Of a stretch of DNA of 64,000 nt, positions 11,401 to 23,473 are shown piece after piece (position 1 is the first letter of the stretch; each line of letters begins with the position of its first letter). A model generated the notes under the pieces. The model had not been told where the DNA came from, ran no database searches, and saw only the letters and a list, made by a program, of their open reading frames with translations. This stretch comes from Bugula neritina. Lineage: Eukaryota; Animalia; Bryozoa. The stretch spans positions 11,096,818-11,160,817 of the forward strand of contig OZ037772.1 of assembly GCA_964035545.1 (NCBI GenBank), given 5' to 3'. The position numbers and the translations under genes are program-made.

Positions 11401-14400
11401 TGTTGAGTTACCAGGGATTTAAGTACATCGTGGCCTGTGGAGAAGTTTCTATACCTGTACAATCCATTATCTGTACTAACAAATAGCTCTTCATTGTTGG
11501 AACTCAGACTAATTGCTGTAAAATATGATAAAAGACTGTGATTTTTAATATCTCTGGAAACAAGATGCACACTTTTAAAGTCAGTGTAGGTAGAAAAATC
11601 TAAGACTTCTAATTTGAAATTTAGAATTTACTACTTTGTTCTAAGTAGAAGCTGTGGGCTATATAAATTCCCCACTAGCATTTACCTTCAAATAAAGGTT
11701 GTGTTTATCAACACATGAAGTTTATCCATAGGATTGAACTGAGTAAAATATGAAAAGGTGGTTTTTCTATGCGTAAATAAATTACACAATGACTAGCCAG
11801 GCATTGCATGATTGTCATTGATGCACAAAACTGTTTCTTATTTGACTATCATTGATCTTGCATGTACCTGGTGCATGTAAAAGCTTTGTGACACCAGGAA
11901 TCTCATTTTCTGCTATCAATTCACTATAAAGTGTCTTAACTTTTGACACAATATTATTATGGTTTTGGCTCTCAAATTAAAGTGAACACTGTTACATTAC
12001 TTCTAACTTATTTGGCTCTCTACTACAGCTTCTTTTAAAACTGTCCGTTGAGATAGTTTAATATATCATAGGCATGACCATCATTTTATCATAATTTAGT
12101 ATTTACACATGCGGATTATAATATTAACCTCTGATAAATGGATTTTTCATCTAAGACTAATCCCCTCTAGGTATTTTATAAATATCCACAGAGTATAGAT
12201 GAGATAGTTAAGTTGTGTGTTTGAGAAACAACCCATAGACCCTGGAATACTCACATACTTACAGACTGGTAAGATAACTCTCAAGTGAACATCAAAATAG
12301 TCATCCACAACTGTTTGAACATAGTTTTCCTCAGTCTTTAAATCAATTCTTAATATCCTGTTGTTCTACAGCGAAATATTCATGGTAAAATAGCAGCATT
12401 GCTAAAACAGCACAGACGGTGTGTATGTGTGTGTTTTTGTATGCTGTGTGTGTGCGTGTTTGTGTGTTTTTGTGCACTGTGAGCTGTGTGTGTGTGTGCG
12501 TGCGTGTGCGTGCGTGTGCGTGCGTGTGTGTGTGTGATGAAGAGGTAAGAATTAGCAAGGCTTACCAATCTATCTGTCAGGTAGATCTCCTGGTATGTGT
12601 TGGACATGGTTATACCAGTTGGACTCCGAAACCTGGCAGACAGTCTCGGACCTGTGTGACTTCCTGGGTGCTTGCACTTTCCAGCAAATGTTGTCACCTA
12701 AGGAAACAGAACCGAAAACACAGTGGATGCTTGTAAGTAATATTTCAGTTGTTTCTAGCTTATACAATGTAAGGAGCTGAAAAGTAAGTAATTGTAAGTA
12801 GCTAAAATTTAGGTGTCTAAAATTTAAGCAGATGAAATGTAAGTAGCTGGAATGTAAGTAGATAGAAAGTAAGTACTGTGGGTACACTTACATTATTCTC
12901 CAATCTGTCATACAACCTGATGCAGTGGTTGTTTTGATCTGAAATATAAACCCATCTTCCGTCTTCTGATTGCGTAAAGTCGCTAATAATAGAGAACCTA
13001 AAAGCAGATGGCTGATATCAAAGCATATTAGATCCGGCATATCAAGATATATAAATATTATAATTGTTGCTTAAACATTGGTGTAAATGGGCTGCATTTT
13101 TACAAGAAATTGTTTTAAAGTATAGGAAGCGGTCTTGGTGGGGTGGTTAGAGCACTGGTCTAGTAAACATGAGATCAGTGGCTTGACTCCCAGTAAAGGC
13201 CAGTGATGATGTTAGGAAGAGCATCCAGTCATAATTGCTCCTGTGCCACATATGAATAAGTCTTTAGCCTGCTTTTCAAAAAAACCCTTTCTATCAGAGT
13301 TTTTCTTATAAATAGCAACTATAGTGGCTATAATAAAATCGATTACTTGATTATGTGTTACCTCCCATTTTAAAATTGAGCACCATTAGACAAAGTTTTT
13401 AGATGAAACTGGTTTATAATGAGTAAAGTTGAAAAGAAGTTAAAGAAACACAAACTTTTAATCTGCTGACATTTATTTTAGTTTAGAATCTAAGTTCTGT
13501 ACCGAGAAGAAGTTCCGATGCCGTCCACATAGTCTTTAAACACGGAGTGACCAGCCAACCAGCTGACGGTTTTTCTGTCGTAACCCGGAGGTTGTGTCTT
13601 GTCATCACTAATCTTCATCACTGCAGACGAAGCTATGACCAAAAAGGAAGTGATGTCATCACCAGCATAGCGAGATCGTTGAATAGCATGCGGTCTGTAT
13701 ATCTCGCGGCTTGTGTTGAACAGAGTCCTTATAGATCCTTCTATGTTGGAATCCTCAGCATGGGCTACAAGAAAAGATAATTCCAAATATTGTATAGAAA
13801 GTTTTCACTACAAGAGAAGGTAATTTCAAGTATTACATAGAAAACTCTTTAGAAAAGACAGTAAAGCTTCAGGCTAATAATATTGTATACGAATAAATAA
13901 CTGTATGAAACTATTAGCTGAGATAATTAATTATTTTTTAAAAATACATATTAAGTAAGTTGTAATGCTTCAGGTAAGTGATTTGCAGGTGAGCACATAA
14001 AATAATATTTTAGACAAGTAAGTAATATTCCCAAATATGATAACAAAGTTTTCAAGTAGTGATATTGTGTTATCACTGTTATATAATACAGCGTATTTAT
14101 GACACCATCACTATATTGCTGTAGAAAATTCTCTGATATCAAATGGAAAATATGTAAATATATCATTCTGTCATTCACAAAGCTGGTGCCAAAAAATTAT
14201 CTAAATAATTTAGTGACTCAACCATAATCAGTGTAGATTTGCTTACAGAGAATAAGTAATGAAGGTTCCCATTAGCTGATGATGAACCAATTGACCAATC
14301 AACTTACTTAATACATTGATTCCTATCTGATCCTTCGACTTGAAGCCATAGATAAGATATACTTATATATACAACTAGCAAAAACTGTACTAACCTATTT

Positions 14401-15575
14401 TCTGCTGAAGTATAAGTATTGATAAATACCTCAAAAGATCACAATACATTTCAACAGTAGTCAGAATGAGTGCCAACAAATTGTGTAAAATCAATTAGCT
14501 CTGTAGTTCATATAATATTGTAGCATTTATGTTCTTATATAGTGCTTTGCCACAAAGTTTAATGAAAAACCAGTTTTATATAATATACAACCAATATAAC
14601 TGTATTAATCCAGCAAACTAATTCTTTAGATTTATAAAGATTATAATATATTAATCATTTTATTTGTTTTCATAGTGCTGAAATCAAAGTATGAGGAAAT
14701 GCTTTTTAATGAGGAGAAGGTGTGATGCAATCTGCATTTTTCATAACTTTGATCACGGTATAAAGCTAAATGGACTCAATGAGTTTTATGTTTAAATTTT
14801 AGATGCAAATAGTGATTACATTCCAGCAATGGTTCACAAAGATTGTGCAATCTGAAAGGTCATTGCAAGGTCATAGAGTAAGTTCCTAGATTTCCTACTA
14901 ATTTGCAGACAGCAAAGCTGTTAGTATGTTGGATTCTATGCTAAGCTCGAATTCTCAGATTCAGACAGTTAATAACTTAAAGTATTTGAGCAGCTCAAAG
15001 TATTAAGTAGAGAAATTAATGAATTATTATTTATTGATGCAAAGAAATCACTTGTATTAGCTGTAAGCTCATGGATAGTAAATAGTTGAGTATTTACAAG
15101 AAATGCAATAGCATGATCTACAGCTGCACATGTATACTGCATATAAATATACTCAATACTGTTGCTAGGTGCAAGACTAACAGTTGACTGCTATTGTTAA
15201 TCAAGCTCATCAATTTTTAACCCAAAACATTATATTATTCTTCTCTTTATGATATGAAATATATTTTTATTACTATATAAACTGTGTAGTTAGAATATAA
15301 ACTACCATCTATGTTGTATGTATACTGTGTAATTATTATATATTGTGCTCTTTATATTATAAATTATTCTCTGACCATGCATTATTTATCTAATTGGTTA
15401 TAGACTATTCTCTATAATATTATAAATTATCAACTACATTATATACTCTTATTTATATATATATCATGTACTATATTCTAATTGGTCATAATGTAAACTT
15501 ACATGTTGAAACAAACGATAACAGAAGGACAATGGTGGATACCAAAAAAACAGTGGTGGATAGAATTCGGCTCAT
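8496..15575 (-). CDS. Type I membrane protein: signal peptide, NHL-repeat beta-propeller, Ser/Thr stalk, TM helix, tail with PSAP and LPPY motifs
   Basis: Phase-consistent minus-strand exons 15575-15503, 13764-13503, 12997-12892, 12697-12566, 12365-12263, 11515-11333, 10747-10538, 10112-9980, 9666-9575, 9219-9065, 8582-8496. Signal peptide MSRILSTTVFLVSTIVLLLSFVSTS; NHL signatures WLAG..YVDGIGTSSRF, YISDQNNHCIR, TTFAG..SARFRSPTGI, YLTDRLNNRILRIDL, ATDFRGNRLLVIDL; TM IIGLAVGLTIPAILIGLLVALVIYL then KRK. Probable 5' UTR exon with donor at 16269. Confidence 0.85.
12419..12535. repeat. (GT)n/(GCGT)n microsatellite
   Basis: Direct reading; explains the spurious HT/CV ORFs. Confidence 0.9.
13125..13338 (+). 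mobile_element. tRNA-derived SINE, family A
   Basis: A-box-like TGGTGGGGTGGTTAG, degenerate B box, central GATGTTAGGAAGAGCATCCAGTCATAATTGCTCCTGTGCC shared with other copies in the window. Confidence 0.85.
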
Positions 15576-15834
15576 CTTTTCAGCTGACAAAGTCTTGTGT
15601 ACACAGGAGTTGTCCTTGTAAAGCTGTACTTCCTTTTCAACTGTTGGTATCTTCTATGGAAGGTAGTTTTCTGTAATTATGCATGAATGTTACAGGTGAC
15701 TACTCTATACTATAATATTATAAGATGTTCACTATACAATATGTTAATTGCAGTATATTATGGTAAACATTAATATATACAGCATTATGCTATGGTACAT
15801 TAATTTATCCCTTATATGTCTGTAATTGTTATGT

Positions 15835-16010
15835 TAGGAGCCCCTGGGGTCTAGCACTGGCCATGGATTCAAATTCCACGCAGCCCTTGGTTATGTCAGG
15901 AAGGGTAGCTAGTCACTCTGTTACTCTGAAAGCCCAAGACTATGTTGTGAGAGGCACAATGCTTAATTTACTTGAAATTTCTTCCCATCAGAGGTTCCCA
16001 CAAAGCTGGG
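15835..16010 (+). mobile_element. Old, diverged SINE family A-related copy
   Basis: GGATTCAAATTCC then TGGTTATGTCAGGAAGGGTAGCTAGTCA and 3' CCCATCAGAGGTTCCCCACA resemble family A. Confidence 0.5.
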
Positions 16011-17275
16011 CAGTGAGTTTGTATAGTAAATTGTTATATTAATCAGGGTTTCTGAAGTTAGTGATTTGAGCATGATACATAGGGAACTGTAAACACCATG
16101 AAAACAAAGAAAAAACTTTCACACATAAACTAGAATGCTATGTTTCCTAATTATATAAAAGCCAAAAGTTGCACAAAACTCAATATAGTATCTTTACAGA
16201 GAAAATAGTATTAGAATAGTATTCAAGCAACTGGTAGATTCACTCAACCTTTTAATAGGTTCAACTTACCTTAGCAAATGGCACCGTAGATCTACCAACT
16301 CGCAGATAATGCTTTTAGACTCGGTACTGTCAAATTCTTTAATGTCTGTTATTATTTATTGCTGATGTAAAAGTTTATTTGGCTGAATTATTTATAATCC
16401 TTCATGAAATGATTGATGCGCACACAATAAATTCTCAAATGAATGGTTGGTAGACCTTCAGTTAGACATGTGACAGACTCTGTCTCAAATCTTTATTTAT
16501 GCTGATTTATTTATTCTAAAAACCTCACGTTTTTAACATTTCTCTCCACGTGAGAAATGCTGATAGTAAAAACGTATAAGTAAGCTAGGGCTTGGTTCAA
16601 TGTTACAAAAGAGCAATTATGACCGAATGCCTTTCCTAACATTACCAATGGCCTTGATTCCAAGATTAAAACCCATGACCTAGTTGCACTCTGGGCCAGC
16701 TTTATAACCACTAAACTATATGGCTGCTCTCTCAATACTGATTTTCATGAGTCAGTACTAAATTGTTGAAAGTAAAAAGCATCTTTCAGTCAGAGTAAAA
16801 TTATAATCTGACAGTTGAACACTTGCACAAGGTGCTTGTGCCACATGCTACACAAACACCTCGCACATGCTGTCTATAGAAGCATCATTATGTTTGTACA
16901 CAGACAAATATATTATGATATATAGAGTATATAGACATACCTCCTTACCTTATTTATATGTTGGTGACCTTTGAGATGTGAAAGTCTTAAAACTTTGTTG
17001 TTAATGTATTCACATTTTATTCCTAAGCTAAATTATACAAACATTTTCCAGTCTAATGCTACTAACCACTTCTTAGCTCTCAGCCTCTACTAACTACTGA
17101 TAAGAATTGTGTATAGAGTAGTTGCAGGTAAATATCTATTATCTTATCATCCCAGTAAACTTAGTGGTCAAATATTATGTGGACTTAATTTGTTGTTGGA
17201 TAACTGCTTATTATGCATAATTATAATAAACCGCTTTATAGAATGCATTTCCTGTATTATTTTGATTTCTATATT

Positions 17276-17411
17276 ACACACACTCACACACACACACACA
17301 CACACACACGCACGCACGCACGCACATGCACACACGCACACACACAAGCACACGCGCACGCGCACACTCACACACACTCACACACACACGCACGCACGCA
17401 CGCATACACAC
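17276..17411. repeat. (CA)n/(CACG)n microsatellite
   Basis: Direct reading. Confidence 0.9.
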
Positions 17412-17589
17412 TATGAATATAATCACATTATAATACAGTTGGTTATGCACCTATTAAAAGTTTATTTGAGTACAAAAAGAAAAAAAGTCTTGCAGTCATA
17501 ATAAACTGGCACTTGGGCTTAAAGAATGTCAACTTAATTCAGGGGCAACTCCTACTGAGAAGAGATGATGCTATGAGCGCCATTGAAGA

Positions 17590-18173
17590 GCTCCTCAGTG
17601 AACATGGGCACATAACTTCTCAATAATGTGTGCATAACTAGTATGAGGACACAACTTCTCCGTGATAAGAATGGGCCTACAACTTCCCTCTGGTAAAAAT
17701 GGGCACACAGCTCCTCCGTGATAAAAATGGGCACACAACTTCTCCGTGATAAGAATGGGCCTACAACTTCCCTCTGGTAAAAATGGGCACACAGCTCCTC
17801 CGTGATAAAAATGGGCACACAGCTTCTCCGTGATAAGAATAGGCACACAACTTCTCTCTGGTAAGAATGGGCACACAACTCCTCCGTGATAAGAATGGGC
17901 ACACAACTTCTCCGTGATAAGAATGGGCACACAACTTCTCCGTGATAAGAATGGGCACACAACTTCTCCGTGATTAGAATGGGCACACAACTCCTCTGTG
18001 ATAAGAATGGGCACACAACTTCTCCGTGATAAGAATGGGCACACAACTTCTCCGTGATAAGAATGGGCACACAACTTCTCCGTGATAAGAATGGGCACAC
18101 AACTTCTCCGTGATTAGAATGGGCACACAACTTCTCCGTGATTAGAATGGGCACACAACTCCTCTGTGGTAAG
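17590..18173. repeat. 28-bp minisatellite, about 20 copies, just 3' of the Cys-rich membrane protein gene
   Basis: Unit AATGGGCACACAACTTCTCCGTGATAAG, near-identical around 17880-18150 and diverging toward 17590. Confidence 0.95.
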
Positions 18174-18220
18174 GTAGTCATGAACCTATTATCAAGTGAG
18201 CTGCGCCAACTTGTGTCTGT

Positions 18221-21200
18221 TTAATAGAAGGCACAGGGACAGCAGCAGGGGAAGCAGCAGCAGAGGTACGACAGGCAGCATCTTCCTTCAGAGTCTTTCC
18301 CAGTCTTCTCATACAGATCTCTACAAGCAATGAGTATATTGTATATTATATAGAGAAGGTTCTGAAGAGGTCATGTGACTAAGTCAAGGTTAGGTTTCAG
18401 ACTAAAATAAATCACTTTTGCTCAGATCATGATGATTATAGCTCTAAAGGAAAGCTTGTTATTTAGTTACGCATATTTAGGTTGGGGGGTTAGTTTAGGT
18501 GCCCCTCACTTCTGACCTGTTTTGTTGAAGACTTGCGCCACTGGTTGCTGCGTTGTTGTTGAACTGTCTGTACCGACCAGCTTTACATGAAGAGCACCTG
18601 TCATGCCCTGTCAATAATATTACTAGTATATGTGTAGTATTGTATTTAGTATATGTGTAGTATTGTAGCTAGCGCCTATATATGGCAACATAGCTTAAAA
18701 GAATTTCTAGATAGATGTGAATAGTAGAAAATATGATTTTACTCTCCAATAATATTTATTTTATACTAAGTGATTAAAAGCTACAAATATTTCTCATCAA
18801 TTTAGCTACAGCATCAGTTTATTTTGCAGCAATATCATTGCAATTGTAATGAAATTTGTTTCACAATAAAAGCAACTGCATATAGCAATATGGAGGTTAG
18901 GTTTTAGAATAAACTTAAATTAGTAAAAGTGTTACTATTATTAAATCTGCGTTTCCAATTATTTTTAGTTTGAACATTGACATTTCCTTTATTTTTGATA
19001 TCACATCTATTATTCCTACATTTCTACACTTTACACCAAAAAATAATCAAAAATAAGTAATTAAAATGAATTGATTCAAACCTGTATGATGCTTTTTTTT
19101 CTTTCTAGAAGATTCTTTCCCATTGGAGTGAGAACTACATGTCTGTGCAAACAAGCTGACAGACTTCCTGTTCTGTTCCTGGCAGCATTGCTGACGGCAG
19201 CGTTTAACTGGTCGATAATTATTACAGACATGTGGATCCTTCTGAACGCTTTCTGCTTCTTCCATGTCCGACAAATCATTTAGCTGACTGTAACCATGGC
19301 TACAACAGTCACCTGTCAGATGCTGAGAAGTGTGTTACGTAAGTCAAGCATATAAATATATTGTGAAGTAGTTAGAACAACTGAATGAGTAGAGCATGTA
19401 ACTCTATGACAAAACCTGATCCAAGACAAATATTTGAACTCATGTTTTGTGCAGAAATGTATTGAATTTTAATTGTTAGCAACAGTATAAATATTACAGC
19501 AATTACACTAGTGTAATATTAACTGATCATTTTTTGTGATAATCCTTATTTTGGAATAAATATGCTGTTTCGTATTAACAAATGCTATTATGTAATCATC
19601 TATAATTATATATTTTAATTTAATTGAACTGGTACTATTCAAGAAAATACATGCATTTATTCCATAATTCCTTCTGTAACACAATGTTTTAGTTATCTTA
19701 AAATGCATCTAAATCTAAATTCGAATTTCATTTTATATTTTTGTGTGAGAAGCATACTACTTTCACAACCAAGTGGCACACCTAGTAAATAGTTTATTAT
19801 ACTTTGACCTATCACCAATACAAGCCTAATGAGAATGACTAGAAACAGTGAGTTTGAATTTACCAACTTTTTACAACACAGTATTGATCTGTACTTTCTC
19901 CTTGTTCTACTTTGCTTCAAACTATTTTCACAGACATTAGACTGTTGATGCGCATCACAACTTAGACGGTTTCCTGGATCATGCTCTTTAAGATGGCGGC
20001 CATGATGTTTGTGTCGGCCATGATACTTGTATGACTTCTGTTGGCGACAGCATCTTTGCTGTCTCTGATGATTAGGTGAGTCACACCAACAGTCATTTGA
20101 GTCAGTATCGAGTTGTAACGCTCTTCTGCCACTACTGTTGTTGGAATAGTTCCGTCCGTTCTTATTCCGACAGTTCTTATTCCGACTTTTCCTGTGGTTA
20201 TCGTTAGAGTTTCTGTCGTACATGGAGTTGTAATGCGCTAGCTCAGTTGATTGCTGCAAGAGTAGTGATTATATTAATATTCTGATGATATTAAATCGTA
20301 AATTGAAACTTAAACTCAACAAAGTAGTAGTGAATTGAAAATAGTCTTATCAACTGAAGATTTATAGCAAACTACAAAAGCTGAAAATAGTCATGTAGCA
20401 TCTTTTAGTTTATTGTTATGGATTGCCTGTGAATTAGAGAAAGAAAAAGCAATAGACTCTAAATAATCAATTAAAAATAAGAAATACTTAAAAACAATAA
20501 ATAAGAAACAATTAAGAGATAAATTAGAAGTTAATAAAAACTGATGGAACACAGTGAGAAACAAATAGCATGCTTACTGATTCAATAGAGTTGTAGGAGC
20601 TCTCTTCTAAAAGACATGATAACTGTAAGTGTGAACACATGGCAGAAAAACAGTCATAGTTAATAAATGACTGTTTCCATGCTGCATAATGCATATGTAT
20701 TTGTTTCCATGTTGCGCACAAAACTCACCAAAACCTGGACGGACTAAATGCATTTTATTGTGTACCATAAAGACGTTAGTTAGATCTGGTTTACTGCTAG
20801 AATATAACAATTCGTTACATAATTTACAGACCATCAACGTCTTGTGACAGAACTTCCTCTTCCTCCCCGCTGTCTACACATCCCTGGCAGCATTTACGGC
20901 AGAACAAGCAGACGTCAACTCCACATGCACAGGCAAGGCACAGGAACACACTGGAAATATATATGTGTGTGTGCATGTGTGTGCGTGTGTGTGTGTGTGT
21001 AGCAGCTAGAACACTATTATTGCATACTTATAACACCTACAGCCACTGCAATGTTATGGTATAGCAGCTACAAGGTTTATAATGTTACTGTATGTTAAAG
21101 TATATTATTTAAAACTATGAAATTCAATATAGCATTTAAAGGATTGCTCTATCTTGTCTAATAAATGGCCATTTAAGTCAAACACACATAATATTGTGTT

Positions 21201-22171
21201 TTTCTAAGCATGCATTGACAAAAAGCATTTGACCAAAGGTAGAAAAAATTAGTTGAAGTTGAGGGTGTAGATTGGTAACAGCCAAAACGCCGATTTTGAA
21301 ATGAGCTGGGAACTGTGACGTAACAGCGCCAGCATTCCTGCTGGTCACGTGACTATACAAATGAATAACTATAGAAATATGACTGTGAGATGTGATCTTT
21401 CAGCTCGTAATTTGTATATTTATAGAAGTGCAAATGTGAATTATCTCAATTTATAGTTTTTTGACATTTTAAATAACATGTATGTAATAACATTAGGCCA
21501 TATTTTGCTTGTAACCATTAGAAAAAAGCATTGCAAAAACATGCGTTCTTTAGGATGAATGCCTGCGATCGATCTAAACTAGGTCAGATTGTGCAATATT
21601 ACGGGCACACCAAAGCTGACCTATATAGCGCACTGTAACTGCTTGAACGTTATTGGTTGATATTGTGCTCAGCAACCTTGAATACTAGCGTTATAGTTAG
21701 CACGTGCAGCATAGTTACTGGCGTTCACACGTCACGTATTAGGCTATTCTTTTTCATGGCTGAAAATTTTACCGCCCTCAAAATTGGAATTTTAAAAAGC
21801 TGTTTTCTAGGCACATATCCCTTTGCAAAGTCACAATTGTTTGCATACACATTAAATTATAGTTCATAATTATAATGTGATTGTAATAAACTAAGATTGA
21901 GCAATCCTTTAAGGCTTTAATTTATTACCATAAAGTCATATAATATGTAAACATCATATTAGTGCATACAGTTATACCTTGCAATTATCACAACAATTCC
22001 AACTCCACCAATAGCAAAGGCAAACCAGAATATGTCATCATTTTCTTCAGTGATGTGTTTATCAGCCACTTCATCAAGTACACCTTCGTCAGGTGTGTCT
22101 TCGTGCACTACGCAACTACATCCTGGAATAATCAAAATGGCGTACAAGAAGGTGAAATACCTCAAAGGCAT
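18221..22171 (-). CDS. Orphan single-pass membrane protein with juxtamembrane and C-terminal Cys clusters
   Basis: Phase-consistent exons 22171-21978, 20950-20832, 20606-20578, 20253-19864, 19322-19082, 18607-18517, 18320-18221. Signal peptide MPLRYFTFLYAILIIPGCSC, short acidic ectodomain, TM IFWFAFAIGGVGIVVIIASVFLCL, then CACGVDVCLFCRKCCQGC, a basic/His/Cys disordered tail, and C-terminus RCCLSYLCCCFPCCCPCAFY. Confidence 0.7.
20963..21000. repeat. (GT)n microsatellite
   Basis: Direct reading; next to the acceptor at 20951. Confidence 0.8.
21140..21908. mobile_element. Non-autonomous DNA transposon (MITE), Kolobok-like
   Basis: TIRs AGGATTGCTCTATCTT / AAGATTGAGCAATCCT (15 of 16 match) flanked by TTAA at 21136-21139 and 21909-21912; AG..CT termini; CpG-richer interior with GGTCACGTGAC; no transposase ORF. 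Confidence 0.8.
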
Positions 22172-23473
22172 TCTACTAAATGTATATTGGGTCTTATAAT
22201 CGGTCCGGTGTGTAGGTTAAACGAATGTGGAATAAAGTTTGTGTTAGACGCAATGATAATAAATTGTTGCGAATTTTATAATGCTAGGTAGTAACAATGC
22301 ACAATCCTAATATCAGTTTTAATTGTGCTACAATCAAGCAAAATATTTTCTTTTGATGTCATTCCTATTTGCAAATTTGCTATCCTTTTTTAAGAAAGTT
22401 CACTGCTATAGTATCTGGAGGTAAAATAACTTAAAATAACGGCCCAAAAACGTATTAATACAATGGATTTTTCAATTGCTGGGTTGAGAAATCATGTAAC
22501 TAAAAATAGTACTTATTTCTGTTTGAAGTTTGTACTGAAAAATATTAAAAAGGTTTTATACAAAATCTTTTACAGACTGAGCCCTAACATTCATCTCTTT
22601 TTTCTTCATTAATCCAGATTTTACTTGGTATAAATTTAAACTATGTAGCCATATAAGTGGGAGCCCAGCAAGTGTAGCAAGTTCAGTAACCAGTCACCTA
22701 AACACATGTTATACATAGTAGAATGGTAGTGTGTGTCTTTAGATGATTATTAGAAGCTCTACAACTGATATGTTACTTCATATAAGACTTTTTACGTATT
22801 GCATAACTAAATTGGCAGTAATATGACTTGATATCACATTCATGGGGGAATATATAATGCTAGTATATAAGATATTCAAACTGAGTATGTATGAACCATG
22901 AAAGTAGCAGTAATACAGAATATAAAATTTGTCAATATTTATATTATTAACGAATTTTGCACATGAGCAAATATTGTAAAATATAGGATTAACATATGAC
23001 AGAAAACTTTACAAAAAAGCGTTATGTTTAAAAGCTAAAATGCTTTAAAAGCTGAGTAGTGAATATATAGCTTATACACATCTTCCTTTTTGTTACCTAA
23101 CTGTTTTCAACTTTTTGATATACAATGTAAGCCACAGTGCTTATTTAGTAAATTGATGTTTATATAGTTATATCGGTTGTATCATGTATGCTATTTAAAG
23201 AAATTTGAGACGTAAGTAGTAGGTGCAACATTGTAAGTTTTAGTAAGTTATCAGGTAGCAGAATACCAAAGTTAAAGTCAACAGCATCTTACCTAGTAAC
23301 TAACACATATGGTGTTTTATCGTATCCAACAGAGTTTTCCTAATAATTCGCTTTGTTACATGCAGAACTAAAACTTTTAATTAAAACACTTAAATATAAT
23401 TAAAATATTTCAACAATCTAAGAAGATTGAATTGTTTTTATTCAAATGTTACAGTGAGTGTGCGAGTAAAACC

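Noticed and set aside
12343-12736. HT- and CV-repeat ORFs (also 17109-17501)
   Set aside because: Dinucleotide microsatellite artefacts; only the NHL exon portions are coding.
14277-14332. C/D box snoRNA-like TGATGA..CTGA
   Set aside because: Too short, antisense to the host gene and without a convincing terminal stem.
17552-18181. 209-aa and 167-aa repetitive ORFs; CRISPR-like appearance
   Set aside because: Head-to-tail 28-bp units with no unique spacers, in eukaryotic DNA; the ORFs are products of the repeat.
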